A DNA stretch of 64,000 nt from Patescibacteria group bacterium (GCA_036381415.1 DASVCV010000012.1:10717-74716); one strand, 5' to 3'; counted from the first letter of the stretch, positions 30,345-41,076 are shown. Notes: generated by a model not told the origin, from the letters alone. Numbers and translations: made by a program.

Positions 30345-31120
30345 AATCGAGAAATTTTAATGACTAGATTAATAATATAGTATCCAGTAAGTCCGTGGTA
30401 GGTCTTGCTGCTTTTAACTAAAAAATCCATCTTTCCACCACTTGCTCCATGGTAGTGAATTATTTGAGAGGAAGGTACATAGTAAACTTTCAATCCCATC
30501 CTTCTTACTTTTCTGCAATAGTCTAGATCCTCAAAATACATAAAATATCTTTCATCCAAAAACCCTACTTCACCAATTGCCCGAGGCGTAAGTAGAAATG
30601 CAGCACCAACAACCGACTCAACCTCAACAGGGTCATCCCCCTTTGGTGCATATTTATCTAAAATCTTTTTACCAAACCAATAATGCATTACTGCTCTGTA
30701 AATAGTAGGGAGTCTAAAAACAGAAGATTGTATAGACCTGTCAGGATTTAAAAGTCTTGCTCCAACTACACCTGCAAAACTTTTTCCACTCGCAAACTTA
30801 TATAAATTATATATTGAATCTTTCTTTACCTTTGTATCAGAATTAAGAAGAAGAACATATCTCCCATGTGCAGATTTAATTCCAATATTATTAGCCTTCG
30901 AAAATCCTAAATTTACTTCGTTTTCAATAATTCTTAATTTTGCACCCAGCCTCTTAGCTGATTTATATTTTTCAAAAGCTTCTACCGACTCATCACCTGA
31001 TGCATTATCAACTACAACAATTTCATAACGAACCTTAACATCTGAACTTAAAATGGATTTAAGACACTCCAAAGTAAGCTTTTTTGTGTTAAAGTTAACA
31101 ATTATTATAGATAAATCCAT
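30332..31120 (-). CDS. GT2 family glycosyltransferase
   Basis: LSIIIVNFNTKK..VVDNASGDES..LLLNSDT. Confidence 0.8.
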   Translation of the reverse strand: MDLSIIIVNFNTKKLTLECLKSILSSDVKVRYEIVVVDNASGDESVEAFEKYKSAKRLGAKLRIIENEVNLGFSKANNIGIKSAHGRYVLLLNSDTKVKKDSIYNLYKFASGKSFAGVVGARLLNPDRSIQSSVFRLPTIYRAVMHYWFGKKILDKYAPKGDDPVEVESVVGAAFLLTPRAIGEVGFLDERYFMYFEDLDYCRKVRRMGLKVYYVPSSQIIHYHGASGGKMDFLVKSSKTYHGLTGYYIINLVIKISRLWKK

Positions 31121-31155
31121 TTATTGCATATTTCCCAACTTGGCAACAAACTTTC

Positions 31156-32637
31156 TTACTGCCTTCCTATTATAAGTGATGTTGAATCTCCCATATATTT
31201 CCAAACTTCCTGTTGGTTATTAATAATTCTTGTATTCAAAAATACCGACACCAAAAACAATGTTAAAAGCATGCCACTTTGAATGAATTGTACTTTTCTC
31301 GTCCTTGTAATAAAAGAAATAGACATAACACCAATAACAACAAGTATAAATAGTCTGTACTGAAAAATATAGGGAACCCAATTATATATTCCAATTCCCC
31401 AAAACAAACTTGTTGAAAAAGCAGTAAACAAAAACAATATACCTGTAAAAAAATCAGGCTTGAAAATTATTTCAACAATTAGATAACCTGCAGCAATTAA
31501 AAGAAATGGATATAAAGGCAGTCTGTACCATCCAAAATCCTCTCCTCCAAAAAACATAAGACCAATTAGATATGAAAATACTGGAATCATCAGTGCCTTA
31601 TGTTTGTTCTCTTTTGCAAAAGCAAGAATAAACAAAGCCATCCAACCAAAAAATATCCACCCATCAAGAAATATTTTTGTTACTCTGGGAATTAATATTT
31701 TGGTTAAAAGAAGCGTAGGACCTGCAAAAAACCTGGTTCCATTGTAAATAGCTGCTGCAACAAAAGTGTTTTTATCATAAAAAAATCCGTAAGCTGTATA
31801 AATAACTAGAGATGCCACTCCCGCTCCCAAAAAATAAAGAGCCATCCTTTTGTTTCTAATAATCCAAATAAAATAACCAATTCCAATAAGAGCTGCAGAT
31901 AACCCAAACAACTTAACAAGAGGTGCAGCAAATGAAATCATAAGTGCCATTACAACAAGATAGTTCTTCTTAGTTCTTCTGTAGTACTCAAGAAGAACAA
32001 CTTCCAAAAGAAGCATTAAGGTTAAAACATTTTCAGGCAATGCAAGTCTTGATCCAAAAATAACAGTTGGAACAGTAGCATAAATTAACCCGGAAACAAC
32101 TGCAACCTTCTTTCCATACCATAGGTAAGAAAGTATAATAACTAGCAAAGTCGAAAAAGTTCCATAGAGTACGAAAGGCTTCCTTATCAAACTTAAAGTA
32201 ACTTCCGAAAATTCCCTAATACCACCAAGGTATGCAGGCATTCCAACAATAATTCCACCCAAAGGCGGATGCTCTAAATAAGGACTGACAATATCAAAAT
32301 GAGATTTATATCCTTCTAAGCTTATTTCCTTTGTCAAACTAATTGGTTTAGGAAAGCTGCCGTAATTTTCCAAAGTCGGAACAATATTATTCACACTTAT
32401 CTTTGTACCGACAAGATCAAGCTTAGAGTCCTTCACAATCGCCCCTTTATAAACTGTCAAGAATGACCACGATGTTGGGACACCACTTCTTAATAAGGAT
32501 AAACCTAGCCAGGAGGAAGCATATTCATCAAAGGTATCTGCAACTGGAGGATAACTCCAATAATATTTATTTCGGTAGACAAAAGAAACAACCAAACAAA
32601 TTAATGCTAAGAATACAAAAATACCTTTTTTACTCAT
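31156..32637 (-). CDS. Polytopic membrane protein, PMT_2/ArnT-like putative GT-C
   Basis: First-loop DEYASSWLGLSLLRSG acidic DE motif; about 12 TM helices. Confidence 0.5.
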   Translation of the reverse strand: MSKKGIFVFLALICLVVSFVYRNKYYWSYPPVADTFDEYASSWLGLSLLRSGVPTSWSFLTVYKGAIVKDSKLDLVGTKISVNNIVPTLENYGSFPKPISLTKEISLEGYKSHFDIVSPYLEHPPLGGIIVGMPAYLGGIREFSEVTLSLIRKPFVLYGTFSTLLVIILSYLWYGKKVAVVSGLIYATVPTVIFGSRLALPENVLTLMLLLEVVLLEYYRRTKKNYLVVMALMISFAAPLVKLFGLSAALIGIGYFIWIIRNKRMALYFLGAGVASLVIYTAYGFFYDKNTFVAAAIYNGTRFFAGPTLLLTKILIPRVTKIFLDGWIFFGWMALFILAFAKENKHKALMIPVFSYLIGLMFFGGEDFGWYRLPLYPFLLIAAGYLIVEIIFKPDFFTGILFLFTAFSTSLFWGIGIYNWVPYIFQYRLFILVVIGVMSISFITRTRKVQFIQSGMLLTLFLVSVFLNTRIINNQQEVWKYMGDSTSLIIGRQ

Positions 32638-33542
32638 GCTCTCTCAAACATTGCAAAAATCGCTTCATCAGAAATCTTAGCCTCTTTTTTTTCTCTCGCT
32701 CTAAGTTTTCCAACTAACTTGAGCTTCTTTAAAGCCATTATAAAAATCCTAATATACCCAGGATGTTTAATAATCCTATTAAGCAATCCCTTTATATGCT
32801 TCCTAAAAAGTCTTCTGCTTGTTAAATTTTTCCATATAAAAAGAAGTTGGTTTCTTTCTCTAATACCCGACACATAATCCTTAGGAAGTTTACCCACTGT
32901 AGATTCATGTTCATGAACAACCACTGCATTTGGCTCCCACAAAATTCTATATCCTCTTTTATGTGCTCTATATCCCAAATCCACATCTTCCCAATAAAAA
33001 GGTGAAAGAAGTGCTTCATCAAATCCTTTTAATTCCATCCAAACACTTCGTCTCATAACTGCACTTCCACCACTTGCCCAAAAAGACTCTGTTGCCACAC
33101 TTGCCTCAGGCCTTCCACTGTGTTCAATAAACCCATCCTTGAAACTCCCTCCTGCAGGACCATATCCTTTTTCATGAAGTGAAACTGCAAAAACTTTTTC
33201 ATCATCAAAGTGACCTATTACATTCTCTAAAAAATCTTTGCTAGGAATAACATCACTGTTAAGAAGGCAAATTAACTCTCCTTTGGCACTTCTTACTCCA
33301 GTGTTAACAGCTGAAGCAAATCCTCTATTTTCTTTGTGAACAACAATTCTAATTTGGTCTTCATAACTCTTTTTCAAAAAGCTTACTGACTCATCAGTTG
33401 AAGCATCATCAATCACTATAATTTCCAAAATATGATTCTTCTTGTTATTTTTTGCTGCAACTAGGCTAGGAGCATTTTTCCTAAGCAGCTCTATCCCATT
33501 CCAATTTGGTATTACAACACTTACTGTAATATTTTTATTCAT
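32634..33542 (-). CDS. GT2 family glycosyltransferase
   Basis: VSVVIPNWNGIELL..VIDDASTDES..LLNSDV; ATGA overlaps on both sides. Confidence 0.8.
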   Translation of the reverse strand: MNKNITVSVVIPNWNGIELLRKNAPSLVAAKNNKKNHILEIIVIDDASTDESVSFLKKSYEDQIRIVVHKENRGFASAVNTGVRSAKGELICLLNSDVIPSKDFLENVIGHFDDEKVFAVSLHEKGYGPAGGSFKDGFIEHSGRPEASVATESFWASGGSAVMRRSVWMELKGFDEALLSPFYWEDVDLGYRAHKRGYRILWEPNAVVVHEHESTVGKLPKDYVSGIRERNQLLFIWKNLTSRRLFRKHIKGLLNRIIKHPGYIRIFIMALKKLKLVGKLRAREKKEAKISDEAIFAMFERA

Positions 33543-34219
33543 TTTCTTACCTTTACTAAATGAAGCATCCCTAATATAAACTTCTTGCTCACTTCAACTT
33601 TTAGACCTGATTTAGCAACTACTTTATCTAGCGGATTTTTGCTAGAAAACGATTGAACATGGCAATCTTTCCAAATTCTTGCCCACCAAAATCTTGTTAT
33701 AAATCCCCAAATAATATTAAAAAGAAAATTGTCAGAAGGAACAAGAAACACTGCATATCCACCTTTTTTAAGTATTCTTTTTATTTCTAAAAAAACCTTT
33801 TCCGGTTCAAACACATGCTCTAAAACTTCTAAGGCAAATACAGCATCAAAAGTATTTGAGTCAAAATTAAGTTTGTGAGCATCCCCAACCTGAAACTTAA
33901 GTTCTTTATACTTTTTCCAGTGGTTATTTGCCCAATCAACTGATGCTTTTAATACATCAATTCCAATAATCTTGCCAGCGTGTGATTTATCTAGAATCAC
34001 TTTGGTAAACATCCCATCAGCACTTCCTATATCAAGTATTTTTCCACCAGTTGGCTCAATCACCCTTCCCACTTCATCAAACCTTCTTTTGTGCCAATAT
34101 CTCTGGAACAGATTCCTCTTAATAGACTGAAAATACCAGTCAGGAGGAACATTCTCATGTAAAGCTGCTGCATCAACTACATTCTTGTGTTTTACCATGT
34201 TTTTTACTTTGCTTGCCAT
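33539..34219 (-). CDS. Class I SAM-dependent methyltransferase
   Basis: ILDIGSADGMFT SAM motif I; 226 aa. Confidence 0.7.
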   Translation of the reverse strand: MASKVKNMVKHKNVVDAAALHENVPPDWYFQSIKRNLFQRYWHKRRFDEVGRVIEPTGGKILDIGSADGMFTKVILDKSHAGKIIGIDVLKASVDWANNHWKKYKELKFQVGDAHKLNFDSNTFDAVFALEVLEHVFEPEKVFLEIKRILKKGGYAVFLVPSDNFLFNIIWGFITRFWWARIWKDCHVQSFSSKNPLDKVVAKSGLKVEVSKKFILGMLHLVKVRK

Positions 34220-34223
34220 TTTT

Positions 34224-36593
34224 CTATATAACTATTCTTTTTCTAGCCAAAAACACCACCAGCCCAACTATAACAGAAACACCAGAAATTTTTAAGCCAT
34301 TAAAAAATGATTCAGGCTTATACACCATTTCAACAGTATGCTTACCTTCAGAAACCGAGATTGCCCTAAAAGCAAAATCTGCTCTTAGTATTTTTGTCTC
34401 TTTTCCATCAACATATGCTTTCCACCCCGGATAATAAGTATCTGAAACGAATAAAAAACCGTCTTTGGTACTCTGAACGCTATACATACTTTCATTCTCG
34501 TTGTAACTAACAACTTCTACTTTATCGCTAGTTGCACCACCTGATATTCCAACCTGAACCGGCTCCTCAAAAATAATCTTTTTCCCCAATGGAAAATTAC
34601 TCTCAAGAAGAGACATCATTGCAACTTTTTCATCTTTCTCAACTTCCCAATCATGTACCACAAAAGCTCTCGGCAAAACTTCTCTATTCTCCAAAATCGT
34701 CACACTCTTATCAGTAAAAACAGAGGTAAACCTTTTCTTGTCATATAAACTACCCGTCTTTATAAATAAATACTTCATATTCATTAAATTTGTAAGTTTG
34801 GAGGTTGGATTACTTACTATTCCAAACCTATCTTGCGGAGTGCCATTTGAATTGCCGCTATTAACAGCAGCTATAAATTTGGCCTCAACCAATGGATAAA
34901 CTGCCTCATAACCTCCAAGGAATTCAATTTTATAAGGTACATTTAAATTAACCGATGTAATATCTCCTCCCGAAACTCTAAATGGAACTCCTTTCCCCTT
35001 TTCTTTAATCAAAAAGTCCCAAACAGGAGTTGTAGGATAAACTATATCCTTTGAAACAAAGGGACTAAATTTCCAGCCAAACCTAAAAAGCTCCACTATC
35101 ATCAGTACAAAAAGTAAAAGCACTCCAATTTTTCTTAGGTTTTTAAATCTTTGCATTACAAACAAAAGACCTCCCACCATAACCAAAACAACCCCTGGAA
35201 ATACTAAGTTCCTAAGACCAACAGTATATTTTGGCGTGCCCCTAAGCAAAGATAATTCTGGATTACCCTTGGTCGTCTGGTAAAGATAGAATGTAATTAG
35301 GATATAGATAACAATTACTAACAAGGGAATAATAAGGGGAAGAACAACTTTTACCTTTTGTTTCACGGAAAGTAAAATATCTACTCCAAAACCAGCACCA
35401 ACAGAGACTGCAAGGATAAACAAAGACAATGACTTATAAAAAACTCCAGCTTTAAGCCCTAATACATTCCTATCCCACAGAAATACTGAAATAGGATTTT
35501 GGAAAGCTAGGATTAACGACAAAACTAATGATAACCACAGAAACTTAACTTCTCTTCTTTTTACATTTCTGAGCCCAACTACAGCCAGTGTAAACGCTAC
35601 TATCCCTACATATCCAATAGTACCTAGATAATTTTTTGGCCCCCAATAATTTTGCGTTGCATGGTTTCCAAAATAGTCAGGAGCAAACAATGTAATTACT
35701 TCCTTAGGGAATAAAAACACCCATTCATATGTTAACGACTCAACATTCCTCTGTGAGTAAGTAACCAACTCATTTGCAGGAAGAACCTGGAAAGCCGCCA
35801 ATCCAATTCCCAAAGCCACAAATATACTCAAAAATAACGATTTTAAAACCCACTTTTTATCTCCCCAAATCCGCACCAACCAAAGTATCCCCATCCCCAT
35901 CAATGTATATAAAACTATCTGAGGATAACCAGAAAAAATCTGTAGGCACAAAGATATTGAAATGCCCACACCATACTTATACTTTTTCGTAATCAAAAAT
36001 TGGTCCTCAAAATACAAAATAAGCGGAAGAAATGCGGTAGCAAGTGCATGAGCATTCCACTGCGACCAAATGATGAAAAATCCAGAAAACGCAAATGAAA
36101 ATGATCCAATTAAACTTCCCAATTTTGAGGCTTTCCAGTGTCGAAGAAGAATATAGCAAAATACAAAACCTACAATATGTTGCAACACAACCTGCCAACT
36201 CCAAGCAGTCACATTATTAAACAAAAGGTAAAGAATATTGGTCGGAGAAAATGGCGCTGATTGAAAATCAGCCAAAAGCGGAGTCCCTTGCAATAAATAT
36301 GGATTCCAGAGTGGCCATTGGTTGGACTTAAGAAGATCTACTCCTAATATTCGTAAAGGATAAGTAAAAGAAATTGAATCAGACACAATCGGGTTTTTCA
36401 CTGGCACCCCTGTTGAATATCCCCATTTATAATCAGACCATGGGAGATATGCACCAACCAGTAAATCCGCAGGAACAGGAACAAACCCCCTTAATACCAC
36501 TTTCCAGAAAAATATAAAAACAAGTCCAATTATCACAACCAGTGGAGTTAACTTATTAAATAAGTGAAAGTAGTTCTTTTTCAAATCTTTCAT
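34224..36593 (-). CDS. YfhO-family membrane protein (putative GT-C glycosyltransferase)
   Basis: 789 aa; the N-terminus (PVPADLLVGAYLPW..WPLWNPYLLQGTPLLADFQSAPFSP) resembles YfhO N-terminal motifs; many TM helices plus a C-terminal extracytoplasmic domain. Confidence 0.55.
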   Translation of the reverse strand: MKDLKKNYFHLFNKLTPLVVIIGLVFIFFWKVVLRGFVPVPADLLVGAYLPWSDYKWGYSTGVPVKNPIVSDSISFTYPLRILGVDLLKSNQWPLWNPYLLQGTPLLADFQSAPFSPTNILYLLFNNVTAWSWQVVLQHIVGFVFCYILLRHWKASKLGSLIGSFSFAFSGFFIIWSQWNAHALATAFLPLILYFEDQFLITKKYKYGVGISISLCLQIFSGYPQIVLYTLMGMGILWLVRIWGDKKWVLKSLFLSIFVALGIGLAAFQVLPANELVTYSQRNVESLTYEWVFLFPKEVITLFAPDYFGNHATQNYWGPKNYLGTIGYVGIVAFTLAVVGLRNVKRREVKFLWLSLVLSLILAFQNPISVFLWDRNVLGLKAGVFYKSLSLFILAVSVGAGFGVDILLSVKQKVKVVLPLIIPLLVIVIYILITFYLYQTTKGNPELSLLRGTPKYTVGLRNLVFPGVVLVMVGGLLFVMQRFKNLRKIGVLLLFVLMIVELFRFGWKFSPFVSKDIVYPTTPVWDFLIKEKGKGVPFRVSGGDITSVNLNVPYKIEFLGGYEAVYPLVEAKFIAAVNSGNSNGTPQDRFGIVSNPTSKLTNLMNMKYLFIKTGSLYDKKRFTSVFTDKSVTILENREVLPRAFVVHDWEVEKDEKVAMMSLLESNFPLGKKIIFEEPVQVGISGGATSDKVEVVSYNENESMYSVQSTKDGFLFVSDTYYPGWKAYVDGKETKILRADFAFRAISVSEGKHTVEMVYKPESFFNGLKISGVSVIVGLVVFLARKRIVI

Positions 36594-37581
36594 ATGAATA
36601 CTTTAAAGCATCCTTTTTACCACTTATCACCATTTTTCTTGTCAGCTTAGGATCCTCCATCAATTTGATAGTTTTAGATATCAGTCCTTCCTCACTTTTC
36701 CACAAATACCCATTCTCGCCATTTACTATTACCTCTTTGTGTCCACCTGCCTCATATACTAGGGCAACTGCCCCTGAAGCCATTGCCTCAACTGTTGTAA
36801 TACCAAAATGTTCCACTTTTTCAGGTTCTTTTAATTCATCAACTCCATAACCACTAGCACTCCAAAAAAACATAGCAGTGGAATAAAGTTTCTTAATTTC
36901 ATTAAATGAAGGACTTTGAATAATTTTTATTGGATAATTTCGAGATCTTTCTTTTAGATTTTCTATATACTCCTTTGCACCAATCTCAGCCCCTCCCGCC
37001 AAAACTAATTTCCATCCTTTTCCCTGTGTATCAAAGAATCTTTTAAAACAGCTAACCAAAATGTCCTGTCTTTTTGCTTGAAGTAATCCTGAAAATCTTC
37101 CAACAGAAAGTATTACATTCTCCTTTTTCTTTGGCCTAAATTGACTAACCGAAACAGGAGGGTATAAAACCACACTATTTATTCCAAACTCCTTGTCTAT
37201 AATTTTCTTAGTAAAATTAGAATTACAAATTACTTTTGAAATTCTAAAAAGCTTCATTCTAGAAAGAAGCGTTCTTCCCCCAACATTCTTAAAAGGAACT
37301 TGAAAATGAAGAAAATTTTTTCTTGCTTGAAGCGTTGGAATGCTTCCATCAGATACCCAAAAACAAACATCATATCCATCACCCCTTTTAACACTATCTA
37401 CTATATTAATTCCTTCTAAATCTACTCCAAATCTTCCCTGAAGTTCATTTTTTAAATTTGAGTCCTTCCACTCAACATCAACTGCATATCCATTTTTTGC
37501 CAAAACCTGTGCAACAGAAATAGCATATCTTTCTCCTCCTCCTAATGTGTCCCAGTAAGGATTTACAATTGCTGCCTTCAT
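36556..37581 (-). CDS. GT4 (group 1) glycosyltransferase
   Basis: EHFGITTVEAMASGAVALV E-x7-E motif; 341 aa. Confidence 0.75.
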   Translation of the reverse strand: MKAAIVNPYWDTLGGGERYAISVAQVLAKNGYAVDVEWKDSNLKNELQGRFGVDLEGINIVDSVKRGDGYDVCFWVSDGSIPTLQARKNFLHFQVPFKNVGGRTLLSRMKLFRISKVICNSNFTKKIIDKEFGINSVVLYPPVSVSQFRPKKKENVILSVGRFSGLLQAKRQDILVSCFKRFFDTQGKGWKLVLAGGAEIGAKEYIENLKERSRNYPIKIIQSPSFNEIKKLYSTAMFFWSASGYGVDELKEPEKVEHFGITTVEAMASGAVALVYEAGGHKEVIVNGENGYLWKSEEGLISKTIKLMEDPKLTRKMVISGKKDALKYSYERFEKELLSLI

Positions 37582-37925
37582 TTGATCCTAGCCAAAGGAT
37601 ATCATATAATGATCGCTATATGAAAGACAGGTTGCCAGAAATGTATGGAGGGCAAAAACAAGATAACTCCTCAGATCTTCTAAAAAGACAAAAAGTGGAT
37701 ATAGGAATTCTAGGTGCATCAGCACTAGCTTTGGTAACATCCCTTGCAGCAGGTGGAACAAGTGCATCAACTAAAGACCAATTGTTGCTGCTTTCCTCTG
37801 CAGGATCTATTTTTGTAGGATCTTCTGCAGCTTTTCTTGCAATAATTAACGACCCCAAAACAAGACAAACTGTAGATAAATTAGTAGACCGTTTTATCTC
37901 CTCAACTGACAACAAAAAATATTAA
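37545..37925 (+). CDS. Hypothetical small membrane protein (true start probably an internal Met, about 37618 or about 37642)
   Basis: It is the only ORF filling the 340-bp gap between minus-strand genes; it has two hydrophobic segments (IGILGASALALVTSLAAGG, AGSIFVGSSAAFLAII); a competing antisense ORF exists. Confidence 0.3.
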   Translation: MCPSKDLQLLPSFDPSQRISYNDRYMKDRLPEMYGGQKQDNSSDLLKRQKVDIGILGASALALVTSLAAGGTSASTKDQLLLLSSAGSIFVGSSAAFLAIINDPKTRQTVDKLVDRFISSTDNKKY

Positions 37926-38686
37926 TTCTTAGAAGTTTGTTGCTGCATCTCCCAAAGCTTGGCATATGACACAAATCTGCTAAACACTTGATATATTATT
38001 TCAATGATTCCAACTGGCCCATCCAAAAACCCAAGTTTAATAATCCCTCTATACCAAAACTCTCTAAACATGGCAGTCATGAATCTAATAACATTCATTG
38101 GAGGGTGATTTGCCTCAAACATAAGCCTTGCTTCAATTTCAGACCATTTATTAGTTTTCTCAACCATTTCAGTTAAAGACCTATGAGTTATATGAATAAA
38201 TGGTTCTTTAAGTTTCCCAACCTCACCCTCAATTTCAGGTTGCTCGTGCACCTCACCTCTATAACCTTTTACTTTCTCTTTTCTTAAAAGTCTTAAAACA
38301 TAATCAGGCCACCAACCTCCATGCCTCATCTCGTGACCTAAAAACACATTTCTTCTTGGAATAGCATATGCACTAAAGCCACCGGATTCCTCTATGGTCT
38401 TTCTAATTTCATCTTTTAACCCAGGTGTCACTCTTTCATCAGCATCAACAAATAATATCCAATCATTACTAACAAGCTTTAAAGCATAATTTCTCCATTC
38501 AGAGTAATTTTTCCCTTTTAAGTATGAAACAACCTTAACTCCATGCTTTTTTACAATCTCTTTTGTTGCATCATTTGATCCTGTATCAATTACTATTACT
38601 TCATCTGCCCACCCGACAGACTCCAAACACTCTCCAATCATTTTTTCTTCATTTTTAGCAATAATTAAAACAGATAGCTTGTTCAT
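37922..38686 (-). CDS. GT2 family glycosyltransferase
   Basis: LSVLIIAKNEEKMI..VIDTGSNDAT..VDADE; paralog of 11266-12141. Confidence 0.8.
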   Translation of the reverse strand: MNKLSVLIIAKNEEKMIGECLESVGWADEVIVIDTGSNDATKEIVKKHGVKVVSYLKGKNYSEWRNYALKLVSNDWILFVDADERVTPGLKDEIRKTIEESGGFSAYAIPRRNVFLGHEMRHGGWWPDYVLRLLRKEKVKGYRGEVHEQPEIEGEVGKLKEPFIHITHRSLTEMVEKTNKWSEIEARLMFEANHPPMNVIRFMTAMFREFWYRGIIKLGFLDGPVGIIEIIYQVFSRFVSYAKLWEMQQQTSKN

Positions 38687-40155
38687 TTAATACGCTCCTC
38701 TACATTAACATCATGATATTTGTCGCTTGCTACTACAACCCCTAAATCCTTCTCTGCCTTCTTTTTCCATTCATCTAGTCTGTACCCTGCATCCGGATCT
38801 CTCTCCCATAAATCAAACATAACTCTCTCAGTACTTTTGCTAGGCAAATATCCATATTTACTTTGACCATACCACAAAAATACATAATCCCAAGGTTCAT
38901 CCTTAAAATATGGAATTGTATAAATCCAAAGTCCAAATGGCTTGCCTTCCGCTTTTGTGTAAACAAAGTCCACAGCCTTCTTTCTATCCTCCAATGTAAT
39001 TAAGCTATTTGTTCCAATAGGTATAAGTGCATGTGAAGGTTCACTAAAAAACTTCAAATCATTTGAAATATTAAATTTTGCAAATAAAAATAAAATTATA
39101 ATAGCTGGTAATATAAACATTGGTTTTTTAATAAAGTAAGAAAAAGACCCTGCAGTAAAAAGCACAACAAGCGGGAGTATTCCTAAATAGAAAAAGTCAG
39201 CAGTTCCTCTTTTATAAAAAAGAAGCCCAACTAAAGGAATAACAAAAATTAAAACTAAAAATCTTATTCCTTTTTCTTTCTTCCTTAAAAGAAGAATTAC
39301 TCCTACAACTGTTGACCCAATCACAACTCCAGTAAATAAATTATTCCCATATGAGAAAAAATTAACAATCTCTCTAGAGAGCACTCCCAAACTATCTCCA
39401 ACTTTAGAAGAAATCCCCAACCCATTAGTACCAAAAACCATTTTTACAATACTTTTAGTAACCAAAAACGAATGCCTTAAATCAAAAAGAAATAATGGAA
39501 TGCTTGGGACTAAAAATGTTCCAACTGAAATACTAAATATCTTTTTGTTTTCCAAAAAATAATTTCTTTGTCTAAAAAATAAAACTGCCATTAGCGGTAC
39601 AAAGAAAAACCCAATAGCTCCATTAAGCTGTATTATTATTCCTGCAGTTAATGTAGCAAGAGGCCATAAATAATTTTTCTTCTCCATTTCAATCTTTACC
39701 AAAAAGAAGTAGAAAAGAATAGCAAAAAAAGAAATAGGTGTTACATTTGAAACCCATCTTGAGTAGCTAATAGTAAGTAAGGAAAAACCCCAGATAATAG
39801 CTGCAATTAATCCTGCTAAATCAGACTTAAAAAGTTTCTTTGCAGTTTTAAAAAGAAAAAATATGCCTACTACATCAAGAATTACCATAAACATGCTCAC
39901 TCCAACTGGATCCCCTCTAAATAGTGCATAAACAGGTGCCAAAAAGTAATAAAAGAATGCTCCATGAAACACCCCTTCAACATCAGTTGGATGTCCTAAA
40001 AGAACAAAATGATGGTCATGCCATATATTCCAAATTCCTAGTGCATGAAGCCCTTGATCATAGTGAAAAAGAAGATCAGTATCTATTCTATAAAGCCTAA
40101 GAATTGCTGAAGCAGTAATTACTAGAATAAGTAAGATTTTAACTACCCTATTCAT
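38683..40155 (-). CDS. PMT-like GT-C membrane glycosyltransferase, subfamily B (B1)
   Basis: YDQGLHALGIWNIWHDHHFVLLGHPT..GAFFYY resembles the PMT DE../HPPLG loop. The track start at 40227 is TTG; the ATG at 40155 gives MNRVVKILL. Confidence 0.6.
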   Translation of the reverse strand: MNRVVKILLILVITASAILRLYRIDTDLLFHYDQGLHALGIWNIWHDHHFVLLGHPTDVEGVFHGAFFYYFLAPVYALFRGDPVGVSMFMVILDVVGIFFLFKTAKKLFKSDLAGLIAAIIWGFSLLTISYSRWVSNVTPISFFAILFYFFLVKIEMEKKNYLWPLATLTAGIIIQLNGAIGFFFVPLMAVLFFRQRNYFLENKKIFSISVGTFLVPSIPLFLFDLRHSFLVTKSIVKMVFGTNGLGISSKVGDSLGVLSREIVNFFSYGNNLFTGVVIGSTVVGVILLLRKKEKGIRFLVLIFVIPLVGLLFYKRGTADFFYLGILPLVVLFTAGSFSYFIKKPMFILPAIIILFLFAKFNISNDLKFFSEPSHALIPIGTNSLITLEDRKKAVDFVYTKAEGKPFGLWIYTIPYFKDEPWDYVFLWYGQSKYGYLPSKSTERVMFDLWERDPDAGYRLDEWKKKAEKDLGVVVASDKYHDVNVEERIK

Positions 40156-41071
40156 TTCTAAAGCTTCCCTTCCCAAACTTGCCTCCGTAAAAGTCCGACA
40201 CTCCTCTCTTCTGCCACTTCCTTCCAACCAGCATAAACTTAATACTCTCTCTTATAAGTGCCACTCTTGCCCTAATAGGTGCATACTTCATTCCAAACAT
40301 AAGTCTATTTCTAGTTATAAAATAATCATTTAAATTGCTTCCAATTCCTGAGGACTGTGACACTTTATGCCAAACAATTGCTTTTGGTGCATATTTTACC
40401 TTCCATCCTTTTTTCTTTAATCTTAATGACAAATCAGCATCTTCTAAATACAAAAAATACTTTTCATCAAACATTCCAACTTCTCTAATTGCCTGTGAAG
40501 ATAAAAACATACATGCTCCTGTTGCAAATCCAGTATTTGAAATATTTTGAAACTGCCCGCTGTCAACTTCATCCACTCCTCTATTTTCTCCATACACATT
40601 CTTCCAATCAATTTTTCCACCTGCATACCAAACCACTTTCCCTAACTCATTTTTCTTATACCTGTCTTTATGAAATTCAAATCCTTCAGCAAAATAAATC
40701 TTTGGACTAACTGCCCCAACCTTTTCTTTCTTTGCCACCTTCAAAAGTTCTGTTATTAAATTTTTATCAACAATTGTGTCATTGTTAAGAATCATTACAT
40801 AATCAGCTCCACTTTCTAATGCATACTTAATGCCTACATTATTTCCACCAGCAAATCCCAGATTAGTAGTTGTAGTAACCAGTCTAAAATCAATTTCGCG
40901 AAACACAAGCTTCCTTAATTTTTCTACTGAATCATCAGTGGAGCCGTTATCTACAACTATCACTCCAAGCCCACAATCTTTCACATTTAATTTTTTGATG
41001 CTTTCAAGACATGCGAGAGTATCATCTATTCCATTCCAGTTAAGTATTATTATGAAGACTTTTGGTAGCAT
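40148..41071 (-). CDS. GT2 family glycosyltransferase
   Basis: VFIIILNWNGIDDT..VVDNGSTDDS..ILNNDT. Confidence 0.8.
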   Translation of the reverse strand: MLPKVFIIILNWNGIDDTLACLESIKKLNVKDCGLGVIVVDNGSTDDSVEKLRKLVFREIDFRLVTTTTNLGFAGGNNVGIKYALESGADYVMILNNDTIVDKNLITELLKVAKKEKVGAVSPKIYFAEGFEFHKDRYKKNELGKVVWYAGGKIDWKNVYGENRGVDEVDSGQFQNISNTGFATGACMFLSSQAIREVGMFDEKYFLYLEDADLSLRLKKKGWKVKYAPKAIVWHKVSQSSGIGSNLNDYFITRNRLMFGMKYAPIRARVALIRESIKFMLVGRKWQKRGVSDFYGGKFGKGSFRNE

Positions 41072-41076
41072 GAATA

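Noticed and set aside
37616-37915. Minus-strand 99-aa ORF in the 37582-37921 gap, competing with the plus-strand small ORF.
   Set aside because: It has no hydrophobic or domain features and odd composition. The plus-strand ORF has two clean TM helices, so I kept that one, with low confidence.
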